Source: Gemmatimonadota bacterium
GTDB taxonomy: Bacteria > Latescibacterota > UBA2968 > UBA8231
Assembly (NCBI GenBank): GCA_038153405.1
Contig: JAYOYH010000001.1
Coordinates: forward strand, 128,156 to 192,155
DNA: 64,000 nt
Direction: 5' to 3'
Every line of letters starts with the position of its first letter. Within the stretch, counting starts at the first letter, position 1. Shown here piece after piece: positions 39,418-48,600 of the stretch. The position numbers and the translations under genes are program-made. Below the pieces are notes generated by a model. The model was not told the origin of the DNA, ran no database searches, and worked only from the letters and a program-made list of their open reading frames with translations.

Positions 39418-40527
39418 ATGCGCGTCACGACTAAAATGGCCGTAGGCACGCTGGTGAGCAATTTAGATCGCTCGTATGAGCGGATTACGCGCTTCCAGTC
39501 GCAGCTGTCATCGGGCACGCGGATCAACCGTCTTTCCGATGATCCGGCAGCGGTCGAACGCTCGCTTGCGCTGCGCTCGGAGCTGCGCAATCTCGAGCAA
39601 TTTCAAAAGAATCTCGGCGACGGCACGGGGTGGTTGGAACTGAGCGAAGCGACGCTCAACGAGATGGAGACGCTCTTCGTCGAAGTGCGCGGGCTGGCGG
39701 TGCAGGGGGCGACGAGCACCTACAACGCGTCGCAGCGCAACGCCATTGCCGATCAGGTTGATCAGTTTCTCGAGCATACTCTGAGCTTGAGCGAGGCGCG
39801 CTACAGGGGACGCTATGTTTTCTCCGGCACCCAGACGGGAGCCGAGCCCTACCGGGCTCAACGCGATGGCAACGGCAATATTGTCGCCGTCGCGCCGCGT
39901 TCCGATACCGGCGGATCGATCGAACGCGAAGTGAGTGACGGCATCGTGATGCAGGTCAACGTTCCGGGAAAGGACGTGTTTGAGGATCCGAGCGATGTGC
40001 GCGTCTCCATAAACTCGCTGGTCGAAGGACTAGACCGCGGGGAGACGCAGCGCCTCGAAGAACTCTTTGGAGGTAGCGCGCACCTGGATCCCGGCGCGGT
40101 GCGCGCAGTGCTGGACGACGCGGAACTCGACCCGCCGCTGAGCCCTGATCTGCGCGCAGTACTCGAGGGCGGTTTGAGCGACCTCGAAGCGCGGAAAACC
40201 AACCCTTTTTCCGTGCTGATTGAGCTGCGTGATGCGCTGCGCAGCAACGATTCTGAGGGCGTGCGCGGCACGCTGGACAAGCTCGCTAATGTGCGCGAGC
40301 ACATCTCCTCCGTGCGCGGCCTGATCGGCGCGCGCGTAAATCGCATGCAGACCACGCAGAACGTGCTCGATCGCATTGCGGTGGAAATGACATCTGTGCT
40401 GTCGGCTGATGAGGACGTAGACTTGTCGGCCACGATTGTAAACCTGACGCAGGAGCAGGATGTATTCCAAGCCGCTCTAGCCTCGGGCAATACCGTCATT
40501 CCTCAGTCGCTGATGGATTTTATCTAA
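39418..40527 (+). CDS. flgL: Hook-associated protein FlgL
   Basis: MRVTT, LSSGTRINRLSDDP, GRYVFSG and SLMDFI motifs. Confidence 0.95.
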   Translation: MRVTTKMAVGTLVSNLDRSYERITRFQSQLSSGTRINRLSDDPAAVERSLALRSELRNLEQFQKNLGDGTGWLELSEATLNEMETLFVEVRGLAVQGATSTYNASQRNAIADQVDQFLEHTLSLSEARYRGRYVFSGTQTGAEPYRAQRDGNGNIVAVAPRSDTGGSIEREVSDGIVMQVNVPGKDVFEDPSDVRVSINSLVEGLDRGETQRLEELFGGSAHLDPGAVRAVLDDAELDPPLSPDLRAVLEGGLSDLEARKTNPFSVLIELRDALRSNDSEGVRGTLDKLANVREHISSVRGLIGARVNRMQTTQNVLDRIAVEMTSVLSADEDVDLSATIVNLTQEQDVFQAALASGNTVIPQSLMDFI

Positions 40528-40614
40528 TGATCTCCCCCCGGGCGTCCTCCTCGCGTCCGCTTCACACCGGTTTATGAGCGGCATGGGCCGTTTGAAATCC
40601 GTGTTTCGCGGGAT

Positions 40615-41082
40615 ATGGCAAAAATGAGCGAAGCTGAAGTACAAACCGTCACATTTCACAACGCCAAATTTGGTGAAGTGACCGTCGACAGCCGGGACCT
40701 GCTGGAGTTTCCATACGGGTTACCTGGATTTGAGCGATTCAAGCAATACGGCCTTATCGAAGTCGAAGAGGAAGCGCCCTTTTTACGCCTCCTATCGCTG
40801 GATGAGCCCCGTCTTGGTTTTGTCATCTTGAATCCGGTGCTCATCTGGCCCGACTACAATCCGGATATAGGCCGGGAAGATCTAGAGGGATTGGGCATTG
40901 AAAAAGTGGAGCAACTGGCCATTTACTGCATCATCACGCTGAGCGATATTCCGCAGAACGTGACGGCCAATCTGCGGGGCCCCATCTGCATCAATACGGA
41001 TACGATGAAGGCCAAGCAGATGATTCTGGTAGACGAGCGCTACCAGACCAAACATTCGATTATGGGATCGCAAGCGGGATAA
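40615..41082 (+). CDS. fliW: Flagellar assembly factor / CsrA antagonist FliW
   Basis: FPYGLPGFE, LLS.DEPRLGFVILNP and TANLRGPICIN motifs; adjacent to csrA. Confidence 0.93.
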   Translation: MAKMSEAEVQTVTFHNAKFGEVTVDSRDLLEFPYGLPGFERFKQYGLIEVEEEAPFLRLLSLDEPRLGFVILNPVLIWPDYNPDIGREDLEGLGIEKVEQLAIYCIITLSDIPQNVTANLRGPICINTDTMKAKQMILVDERYQTKHSIMGSQAG

Positions 41083-41093
41083 TTAAGAATTGA

Positions 41094-41140
41094 GATGTAG
41101 GGACGTCCCGTAGGGACGCCCGTTGCCATCAGGGAAGATT
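41094..41140 (+). promoter_or_regulatory. Three AGGGA CsrA-type sites in the csrA leader
   Basis: AGGGA at 41099, 41112 and 41131; the last lies in the stem-loop ATC-AGGGAA-GAT over the SD. Confidence 0.6.
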
Positions 41141-41143
41141 GTC

Positions 41144-41374
41144 ATGCTCGTATTAACGAGAAAAGCCGGGGAAAGCATCGTCATCGGCAGCGATATACGC
41201 GTCACCGTGTTAGAGATGCAGGGGCGGCAGATCCGCATCGGTATCGAGGCGCCGTCTGACGTGTCGGTGCACCGCGGGGAAGTGTACGAACGCATACGCG
41301 AAGAGAACGAACTGGCGGCTAATGCCGATCAACAGCAGCTCAAGTCGCTGAGTCAGGCGTTTAAGTCCCGCTGA
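41144..41374 (+). CDS. csrA: Carbon storage regulator CsrA
   Basis: [23 protein letters not shown] and VHRGEVY motifs, plus the C-terminal helical extension typical of FliW-controlled CsrA. Confidence 0.97.
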   Translation: MLVLTRKAGESIVIGSDIRVTVLEMQGRQIRIGIEAPSDVSVHRGEVYERIREENELAANADQQQLKSLSQAFKSR

Positions 41375-41447
41375 GGATACCGGGTGCGCGGAATGGGAGA
41401 CACGGAAGGGCCTCGCGCGCCGCATCCCGATACGGCAGAAAACGGCC

Positions 41448-44400
41448 GTGGAGGCAGAAATTACGCAGATGCAAACCTTCCGTAGCTTCAGGCGGGTAGC
41501 GGCCTTTGACCGCTGCCCTTCCGCTCTGTATTCGATTGCTTCCGCCGGATATGCAATCGACTTAATACCCGTACCCAATCCACCTATTAGCGCAGCCGAG
41601 CGCGTCGTTCCACCGCTGCAAGAAGCCCGTCTCGTTGGACTGGCCGAGGCGCTAGCTGAAGTGGGGCGAGGGACCTATAGCGCCCTGCTGTGTTGGACGC
41701 TAGAAGATCTGCAGGCTTCGTCGGGCTGGGATCTGCCCAAAGTATTTGCCCCACAGTGCATGCTCTCGGAACTGGCCGGCGTCAGCGGTATGGCGCGGCT
41801 TCGAGCCCTCCAGCAAATCGCTCCTCTAATCGAGGGGGTTTCCCTCGTTTTTACATCCGATGCACAGCGCGAAAATTGGCTGAGCTCAGGGTCTGTCGTG
41901 CCCCTCGGCGTGGACGTCGACCGCGGCGTGAACTGGGCGAGTGATTGCGCCGAAATCGTTTGGACCGGCACGGATGCGCGCGAATGGGCCCTGCGCGAAG
42001 GACATGGGGTGCGCGACGAATTACTCGGTGGCCAAGTCGCAGGGCGCAAACTCGTGCTCGGTGCGGGCGAGGCGGAGACATGGGATGGTTGGTTGGCGAG
42101 TGTAGTGCAGGCGCGCGCGCTGCTGTGCACACCGTCCCCTGGCCACGCGTTGGGCTGCGATGTCTATGTCCTGACGGCGATGGCCGCCGGCATGCCGATC
42201 GCATCGGTCGAACACGACGCCTCGCCGATCGTCGACGGCGAGAGCGGGTATCTGTCCAACGACTGCGACTATCTGCGCGATCGGCTGTGCGCACTGCAGG
42301 GCGACGCCGACTTGGCGCGTCGCCTGGGCGCGCGCGGACGAGATCGAGTCGCTGCGCACTATAGCTTGGCCGCGAGTGCCGGTCGTTGGGAAACGCTGAT
42401 CGAAGCCATCGGCCAGCGGCCGAGCAGTGCCGCTATGGGCGCCCCTGCGCCGCGGGTGAGCATTGTCATTCCGCTGTACAACAAGGCGGAGTTCACGGAA
42501 AAATGCCTCTACGCACTGGCGGCCAACACCGGCGAAGATCCCGATTACGAGGTCGTGCTAATCGATAATGCCTGCAGCGACTGGACGCAGTACCTGCTGC
42601 TCGCTTTTGAAGGCGATGTAGAGATCGTGCGCAACGAGGAAAACATCGGCTTTGCTCGCGCCAATAATCAGGGGGCCGCATTGGCGCGCGGCGAATACGT
42701 GCTCTTTCTCAACAACGATACCGAGCCGTGTGCGGGATGGTTGGAGGCCATGGTGCAGTTGGCCGACGGCGACCCGCGCATAGGAGTCGTAGGCGCCAAG
42801 CTACTCTATCCGCAGACGGACACCGTCCAGCACGCCGGCTTGGAGATGGTCAACGGCGAGCCCCAGCACGTCTTTCGCGGTGCGGCGGCAAGCGACCCGC
42901 GCGTCTGTGCCACGCGCGATCTCGACATGGTGACCGGAGCGTGCATGCTGGTGCGGCGCTCGCTTTTTGAAGAATTGGGTGGCTTTGATGTGGCCTATCG
43001 CAACGGCGTCGAAGACGTGGATCTATGCCTGCAGGCGCGGGCGCGCGGCTATCGCGTCGTCTACTGCGCCGATGCTGTGGTGCGCCACCACGAGGGAACC
43101 AGCGAGGGGCGCTTTGATCACGTGCGCGATAATTTGCAGCGCTTCTTCGCCAAGTGGCAGGGCCAGTTCAACGCCGAAGGGGTCTTTATGGGAAGGCGCG
43201 CCGAACAGACCTCCCATCGCCAATCGCGCGCGCTGCGCGGCTATTGGGAAGGCCCTTTCTTTGTCTATTCGAGCCTGGCCCACGTCAACCGAGAAATGGC
43301 GTTGGCGCTGCTGGGGGGTGGGCAGTGCGAATTAGGACTGAAGGCCAGCGAAGACGATCAATTCAATCCCGGCGGCGATCTGCGCTATGCGCCCTTAGTT
43401 GCGCGCATGGGCCAGCCGTTAGCGGGGGAGGTTGATTTTCATCTGCGCCATCGCTGGCCGCCCGATGTCGGCAAGCCCGATGGGGGCAAGCTGGTGCTCA
43501 TCCAGCCGTGGGAGTACGGCCGTATTCTCAAGAGCTGGGTCGAGCCCATGCGCGCAAATGTGGATCAAATCTGGGCCTACACATCCTATGTGCGCCAGGT
43601 CTACATCGACAGCGGCTTTGATCCGCAGATGGTCAAGGTCGTTCCGCTCGGGGTCGATACTGCTCGCTTTCGGCCCGATATCAAACCCATGGTGCTGCCC
43701 ACGCAGAAGAGCTACGCCTTTCTCTTTGTCGGCGGCACCCTGCAGCGCAAGGGAATCGACTTGCTGCTGCGCGCCTACCGCAGTGCATTTTCGCCGCAGG
43801 ACGACGTCTGTCTGGTCATTAAAGACATGGGCACGAAAACGTTTTACCGCGGGCAGACGGCCGAGAGCGAAATTGCAGCGCTGCAGCGCGATCCCGACTG
43901 CGCAGAAATTATCTATCTCGACGAGGACCTACCCGAAGAGCAGATACCGAGCCTCTATGCGGCCTGCGACTGTTTAGTGCACCCCTACCGCGGAGAGGGC
44001 TTCGGGTTGCCGGTGGCCGAGGCGATGGCGTGCGGCCTTCCCGTAGCGGTGACGAAGGGTGGAGCCTGCGACGATTTTTGCAGCGAAGAAAGCGCTTTTA
44101 TGATTCCTTCGACTCGTCGACCGGTGCGCTTTCCCGAGGAAACGGTGGGACAGGCGTGGATGCTGGAAGCCGACGTCGAAAAACTGGGCGAAAGCATGCG
44201 CCTGGCCTTTGGCGACCCGGAACGTGGGCGCGCGATGGGCGCGCGTGGGGCGGAGCGCATTGCGCGCGACTTCACGTGGGAACGCGCTGCCCAGATCGCC
44301 CATCAGACCCTGTGTGAGCTGTGCGAGCATGCGCCAGAGGCCCCGCATACATCCGGTGCGCCGCGCATTGGCGTTGCTATGCCCAACGTCTCAACTGCGA

Positions 44401-45605
44401 GCGGTAGTGAGGCGAAAGTAGAGGGCGAAAACGAGGGGCCGCCCGTTGCGATCATCGCGCTGGGGGGGGGCGGTACTTCCGTATTCGAGGAGATAAGCAC
44501 GGCCTATGGCGGCGCTTCGTCGGGCTACGACGTCACTCTATCGCCCGAGGTTGGGTTGGGCGATCAGCTCGAGGTTATTCGCCAAAATGGCGACAGTGCC
44601 TTCTTCGTGCTTGTTGGCCGCGGTGCGCATATCGGTGGCCAAGCGCTGTGCCTGCTCATTGAGCATATGCAGGGCCAAGAAGACATACTCGTGGCCGAGC
44701 CCTCTCTGCCCGATTCGCCGCGCGGCGTTGGTCTGGAAGAAATCGAATGCGTGCGGGGTGACTTGGTCGTGTTGCGCTCGACCGGACTCGATGCGATCGG
44801 CGGCTTTGACCGATCCTTTGCCACCCTTGCAGCCATCGACGAGGCCGTGCGGCAGCTGCGCCGCCAGGGTGGGCGCGCGGTGCGCGTGCTGGAATGTCTT
44901 CTCGAACGGGCGGCCGAACCGACAGAGCTCGATGCGGCGGTTGAACGGGAGCGCGCCTCGATTGAAGCGCTCGACGAGGGGGACCGCCTGCGCGGTGACG
45001 GCGATCGCGCCGAAGCGCTTTCGGCCTACCGCCGCGCGGTCGAGCACAAGGGCAATTTTGTCGAGGCGATTATCGTGCTCGCATCTATGCTCATCGAAGA
45101 AGACTTGGCCGGCGAGGCCGTTGGCGTGCTGAAACATTTGGTGCACCTGGATACCGACTCGCATCAGGCGCACAACTACCTCGGTATGGCATATCACCGC
45201 GCCGGCGATCGCGCTGGAGCACGCGCCAGCTTTGAACGCGCCTATGAACTCAGCCCGAACCAGGTAGAGACGCTGGTTAATTTGAGCGTTTTTGAATGGG
45301 AAGAGGGGCACGCAGAAGCGGCGGTTAACTACCTTGAACAGGCGGCCGAGCTTGAACCAGACAATCGCGATGTGCTGGTCAATACGGCAGTTATGCAGGT
45401 GCAATTAGGTCACGGCGAAAGTGGCATGCGCTTGCTGCAGGAATATATCGACAAGAATGGATGGGATGCAGAAGCGGTGTGTATACTGGCCGGATGGGCC
45501 CTTCAGTTGGGCGACACCGCGCGCGCGCGCGCCCTTGCTGTGGACGTTTTGACACGGGATCCCGACTGCGCCGATGCGCGCGATATTCTGGAGAAGACCA
45601 GGTGA
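41448..45605 (+). CDS. Multi-domain glycosyltransferase: degenerate GT4, GT2, GT4, degenerate GT2, TPRs
   Basis: VSIVIPLYN/FLNNDT/GVEDVD (GT2), EGFGLPVAEAMACG (GT4), C-terminal TPRs; start may be ATG 41469. Confidence 0.85.
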   Translation: MEAEITQMQTFRSFRRVAAFDRCPSALYSIASAGYAIDLIPVPNPPISAAERVVPPLQEARLVGLAEALAEVGRGTYSALLCWTLEDLQASSGWDLPKVFAPQCMLSELAGVSGMARLRALQQIAPLIEGVSLVFTSDAQRENWLSSGSVVPLGVDVDRGVNWASDCAEIVWTGTDAREWALREGHGVRDELLGGQVAGRKLVLGAGEAETWDGWLASVVQARALLCTPSPGHALGCDVYVLTAMAAGMPIASVEHDASPIVDGESGYLSNDCDYLRDRLCALQGDADLARRLGARGRDRVAAHYSLAASAGRWETLIEAIGQRPSSAAMGAPAPRVSIVIPLYNKAEFTEKCLYALAANTGEDPDYEVVLIDNACSDWTQYLLLAFEGDVEIVRNEENIGFARANNQGAALARGEYVLFLNNDTEPCAGWLEAMVQLADGDPRIGVVGAKLLYPQTDTVQHAGLEMVNGEPQHVFRGAAASDPRVCATRDLDMVTGACMLVRRSLFEELGGFDVAYRNGVEDVDLCLQARARGYRVVYCADAVVRHHEGTSEGRFDHVRDNLQRFFAKWQGQFNAEGVFMGRRAEQTSHRQSRALRGYWEGPFFVYSSLAHVNREMALALLGGGQCELGLKASEDDQFNPGGDLRYAPLVARMGQPLAGEVDFHLRHRWPPDVGKPDGGKLVLIQPWEYGRILKSWVEPMRANVDQIWAYTSYVRQVYIDSGFDPQMVKVVPLGVDTARFRPDIKPMVLPTQKSYAFLFVGGTLQRKGIDLLLRAYRSAFSPQDDVCLVIKDMGTKTFYRGQTAESEIAALQRDPDCAEIIYLDEDLPEEQIPSLYAACDCLVHPYRGEGFGLPVAEAMACGLPVAVTKGGACDDFCSEESAFMIPSTRRPVRFPEETVGQAWMLEADVEKLGESMRLAFGDPERGRAMGARGAERIARDFTWERAAQIAHQTLCELCEHAPEAPHTSGAPRIGVAMPNVSTASGSEAKVEGENEGPPVAIIALGGGGTSVFEEISTAYGGASSGYDVTLSPEVGLGDQLEVIRQNGDSAFFVLVGRGAHIGGQALCLLIEHMQGQEDILVAEPSLPDSPRGVGLEEIECVRGDLVVLRSTGLDAIGGFDRSFATLAAIDEAVRQLRRQGGRAVRVLECLLERAAEPTELDAAVERERASIEALDEGDRLRGDGDRAEALSAYRRAVEHKGNFVEAIIVLASMLIEEDLAGEAVGVLKHLVHLDTDSHQAHNYLGMAYHRAGDRAGARASFERAYELSPNQVETLVNLSVFEWEEGHAEAAVNYLEQAAELEPDNRDVLVNTAVMQVQLGHGESGMRLLQEYIDKNGWDAEAVCILAGWALQLGDTARARALAVDVLTRDPDCADARDILEKTR

Positions 45606-48600
45606 GTAAAAAGAGGAAAAGCGCCCATCGCAAAAAGAGCAAGAAGGGCCAGCATGCCCCTGCGCCCCGCCTGTCGATTTGCGTGATTGCCCGCGATGAG
45701 GCCCGTTTCTTAGACGCCTGTCTGGCCAGCGTCGAGGGCCTGGCCGACGAGGTTATCGTCGTCGATACGGGTTCCGTCGACGACAGCAGAGAGACGGCGC
45801 TGCGTCGCGGTGCGCGCGTCTTTGACGAAGTCTGGCAGGACGACTTTTCGCACGCGCGTAACCGTGCGCTGCGCGAGGCCAGCGGCGCGTGGATTCTGGT
45901 AATCGACTGCGATGAGGTGGTGGCGCGCAGCGACCACGCCCGCCTGCGCGCGCTGCTGCGCGACGATGCGCACGGCGCGTATCGAATGACGACGCGCAAC
46001 TACAGCGCTGGCATTCAGCACGAAGGGTGGACGGCCTGCACGGGCGCCTATGCAGAAGAGAAGGTATACGGCGGATGGTTCCCTTCTACCAAAGTTCGCC
46101 TGTGGCGGCATCGCCCCGATGTGCAGTTTGAGGGCGTCGTTCACGAACTCGTCGAACCGTCGCTGCTGCGCGCACAGGTGTCTATCGGTGATTGCCACGT
46201 GCCGGTGCATCACTACGGCTACGCCGAGAAAGAACGCGATAGGGACCACTATGTACAGGCGGGAGAGCGCAAGGTAAGAGAAAATCCAAGCGATATGCGC
46301 GCCCGCTACGAACTGGCCATCGCCTATCGCAATGCCGGTCGTCAAGAAGATGCCCTCGCCAGTATTGACGCAGCTATAGCGGGTATGACGGCGGTCGATA
46401 GCCGGTCCCGCATATATGTGCAAGAAGATCTGGTGCTGCTGGTGCGCGCCGAAATCCTAACGCGCATGGCTCGCTTTGACGATGCGCTAGTGGCCTACGA
46501 CAGACTGTTGGAGCACTTTCCCCAATCCCACCAAGCCTATAATAATAAGGGCACGCTATTGGAGAGGGCGGGGCGGATGGGCGATGCGCGCTTGTGCTAC
46601 GAGCGCGCCGTGGCCATTGCACCCGACAACCGAATCGCGCGCGAAAATGTTGAACGCCTCACTCGGCGATATACGCTGAGCGCCTGCATCATCGCGCGCG
46701 ACGAAGCCGAACACATCGCGCGCTGTATAGAAAGCGCCTGTGCGGTGGCCGACCAAGTCGTCGTCGTCGATACCGGATCGCGCGATGCCACTGTCGAAAT
46801 CGCCCGGAGCTACGGCGTGACGCTGGGGCATTTTGCCTGGTGCGACGACTTTGCCGCCGCGCGCAATGCCTCGCTCGAGTTGGCCACCGGCGATTGGATT
46901 CTCTGGTTAGATGCCGACGATTATTTGCTGCCTGCCGATCGCGAGCGCATTATCCGCGCCAAGTCTCTGACCCCGGACGCAGGGCTCTACGCCACGCTGA
47001 TCAACGAGGGGGGCGAAGAAAATCGTTTTCGCCAGTTAAAGATGTTCCCCAATCGACCGGATATACGCTTTGCGCAACCCGTGCATGAAAATGTCCTCGC
47101 TGCGCTGCGCGGCGCCGACTTGGAACTGCGGCCAACGGATATTCAGGTGCGCCACACTCCTGAGAGCGACGCCGGAGAAATTGCGCGCAAGCAGGCCTAC
47201 TACGCCGATATTATGCGGCGCTGGCTGCGCGACCACCCCGACGATTGGGAAACGCACTTTCGCTTTGGCCACGTGCTCTACACGCGGGGCCAGCGAGAGA
47301 GTGCACTGGCGTTTTTTGCGCGCGTGCGCGAGGCTGGCGAGGCCGTAGGAGTTGCTGCGCTGCGCCTACTATCCTGCTCTTTTGCCGGTCGCTGCTTGCT
47401 CGAGGAGGGGCGCTACGACGAGGCGCGCGAAGTGCTTGCCGATGCGCTGTCCCTGCGTTCGGACGATGCGCTATCCCTGCTGTCAATGGGCGATGTATCG
47501 GTAAAAAAGGGAGATTATGCAGAAGCCGAGCGCTATGTGCGCGCCGCGCTAGCTGGCTGGCGCGATCCGCACTTTTCTCTCGACGCGAAGGCCTTCGACT
47601 ATGCGGCGCACTTTTTTCTCGGACAGGCGCTCAGCGGTCAGGGGCGCAACGAAGAGGCAATACGCGTCTTTGAGGAAGCCGATCGCATTGCGCCGGCCCG
47701 GTCGGAAGCGCGCCAGGCCATTGCCCTGCTGCATCAGGGCATAGGGCAGGGCGATAGGGGGCTGTATATTCGCCAAGCGCCCGAAGCCAACGCCGAACCA
47801 GAGCCTCTCTATCCCGACAGCAAGCTGAGTCTGTGCATGATCGTGCGCGACGAAGAGAAGCGGCTCGGGCGCTGCTTGGAAAGCGTGCGCGGCTTGGTAG
47901 ATCAAATTATCGTCGTCGATACGGGTTCGCAGGACGGCACGGTTGAGTTGGCCCAGCGCTTTGGCGCCCAGGTGAGCCACTTCTCTTGGTGCGACGACTT
48001 TGCCGCTGCGCGCAACGCCTCGCTGCAGCAGGCGAGCGGGGACTGGGTCATGTGGTTAGATGCCGATGATATTCTGCCGGCCGAATGCCACGATGCGATT
48101 CGGCGCCGCGTTGCAGGACCACGCAATAAGGCCTACTTCTTCGTATTGGACGATCAGGGCTACGAGAATGTATCCTGTTTGCAGATGCGCCTCTTTCCCA
48201 ATCGACCGGGCGTCCAGTTTGAGATGCCGGTGCACGAACAGGTCGCGCCTTCGCTGACCCGCCTGGGCGTCGATATGGTGCAAAGCGGTATTCGCGTCAT
48301 GCACACAGGGTATACGACCCCCGAGGTGGTAGCCGCAAAGAAGGATCGCTATCTAAAGATTATGGAGCGTTGGCTCGAGTCGCATCCCGAAGATTATATG
48401 GAGCGCTCGCACGTTGCGCTGACCTACTATTCTACCGGCCGACTCGAAGAGGCCGAGCAGGCCTATCGCCAAATCATAGAAGAAAGTTCGTGTTACGCCG
48501 ACTGCAATTGGGTGGTCTATACGACGGCGCTGCTCTTCCTGGGGCGAACCTACATGAAGATGGATCGCCTCGATGCGGCGCTCGAATATGTGCACAAAGC

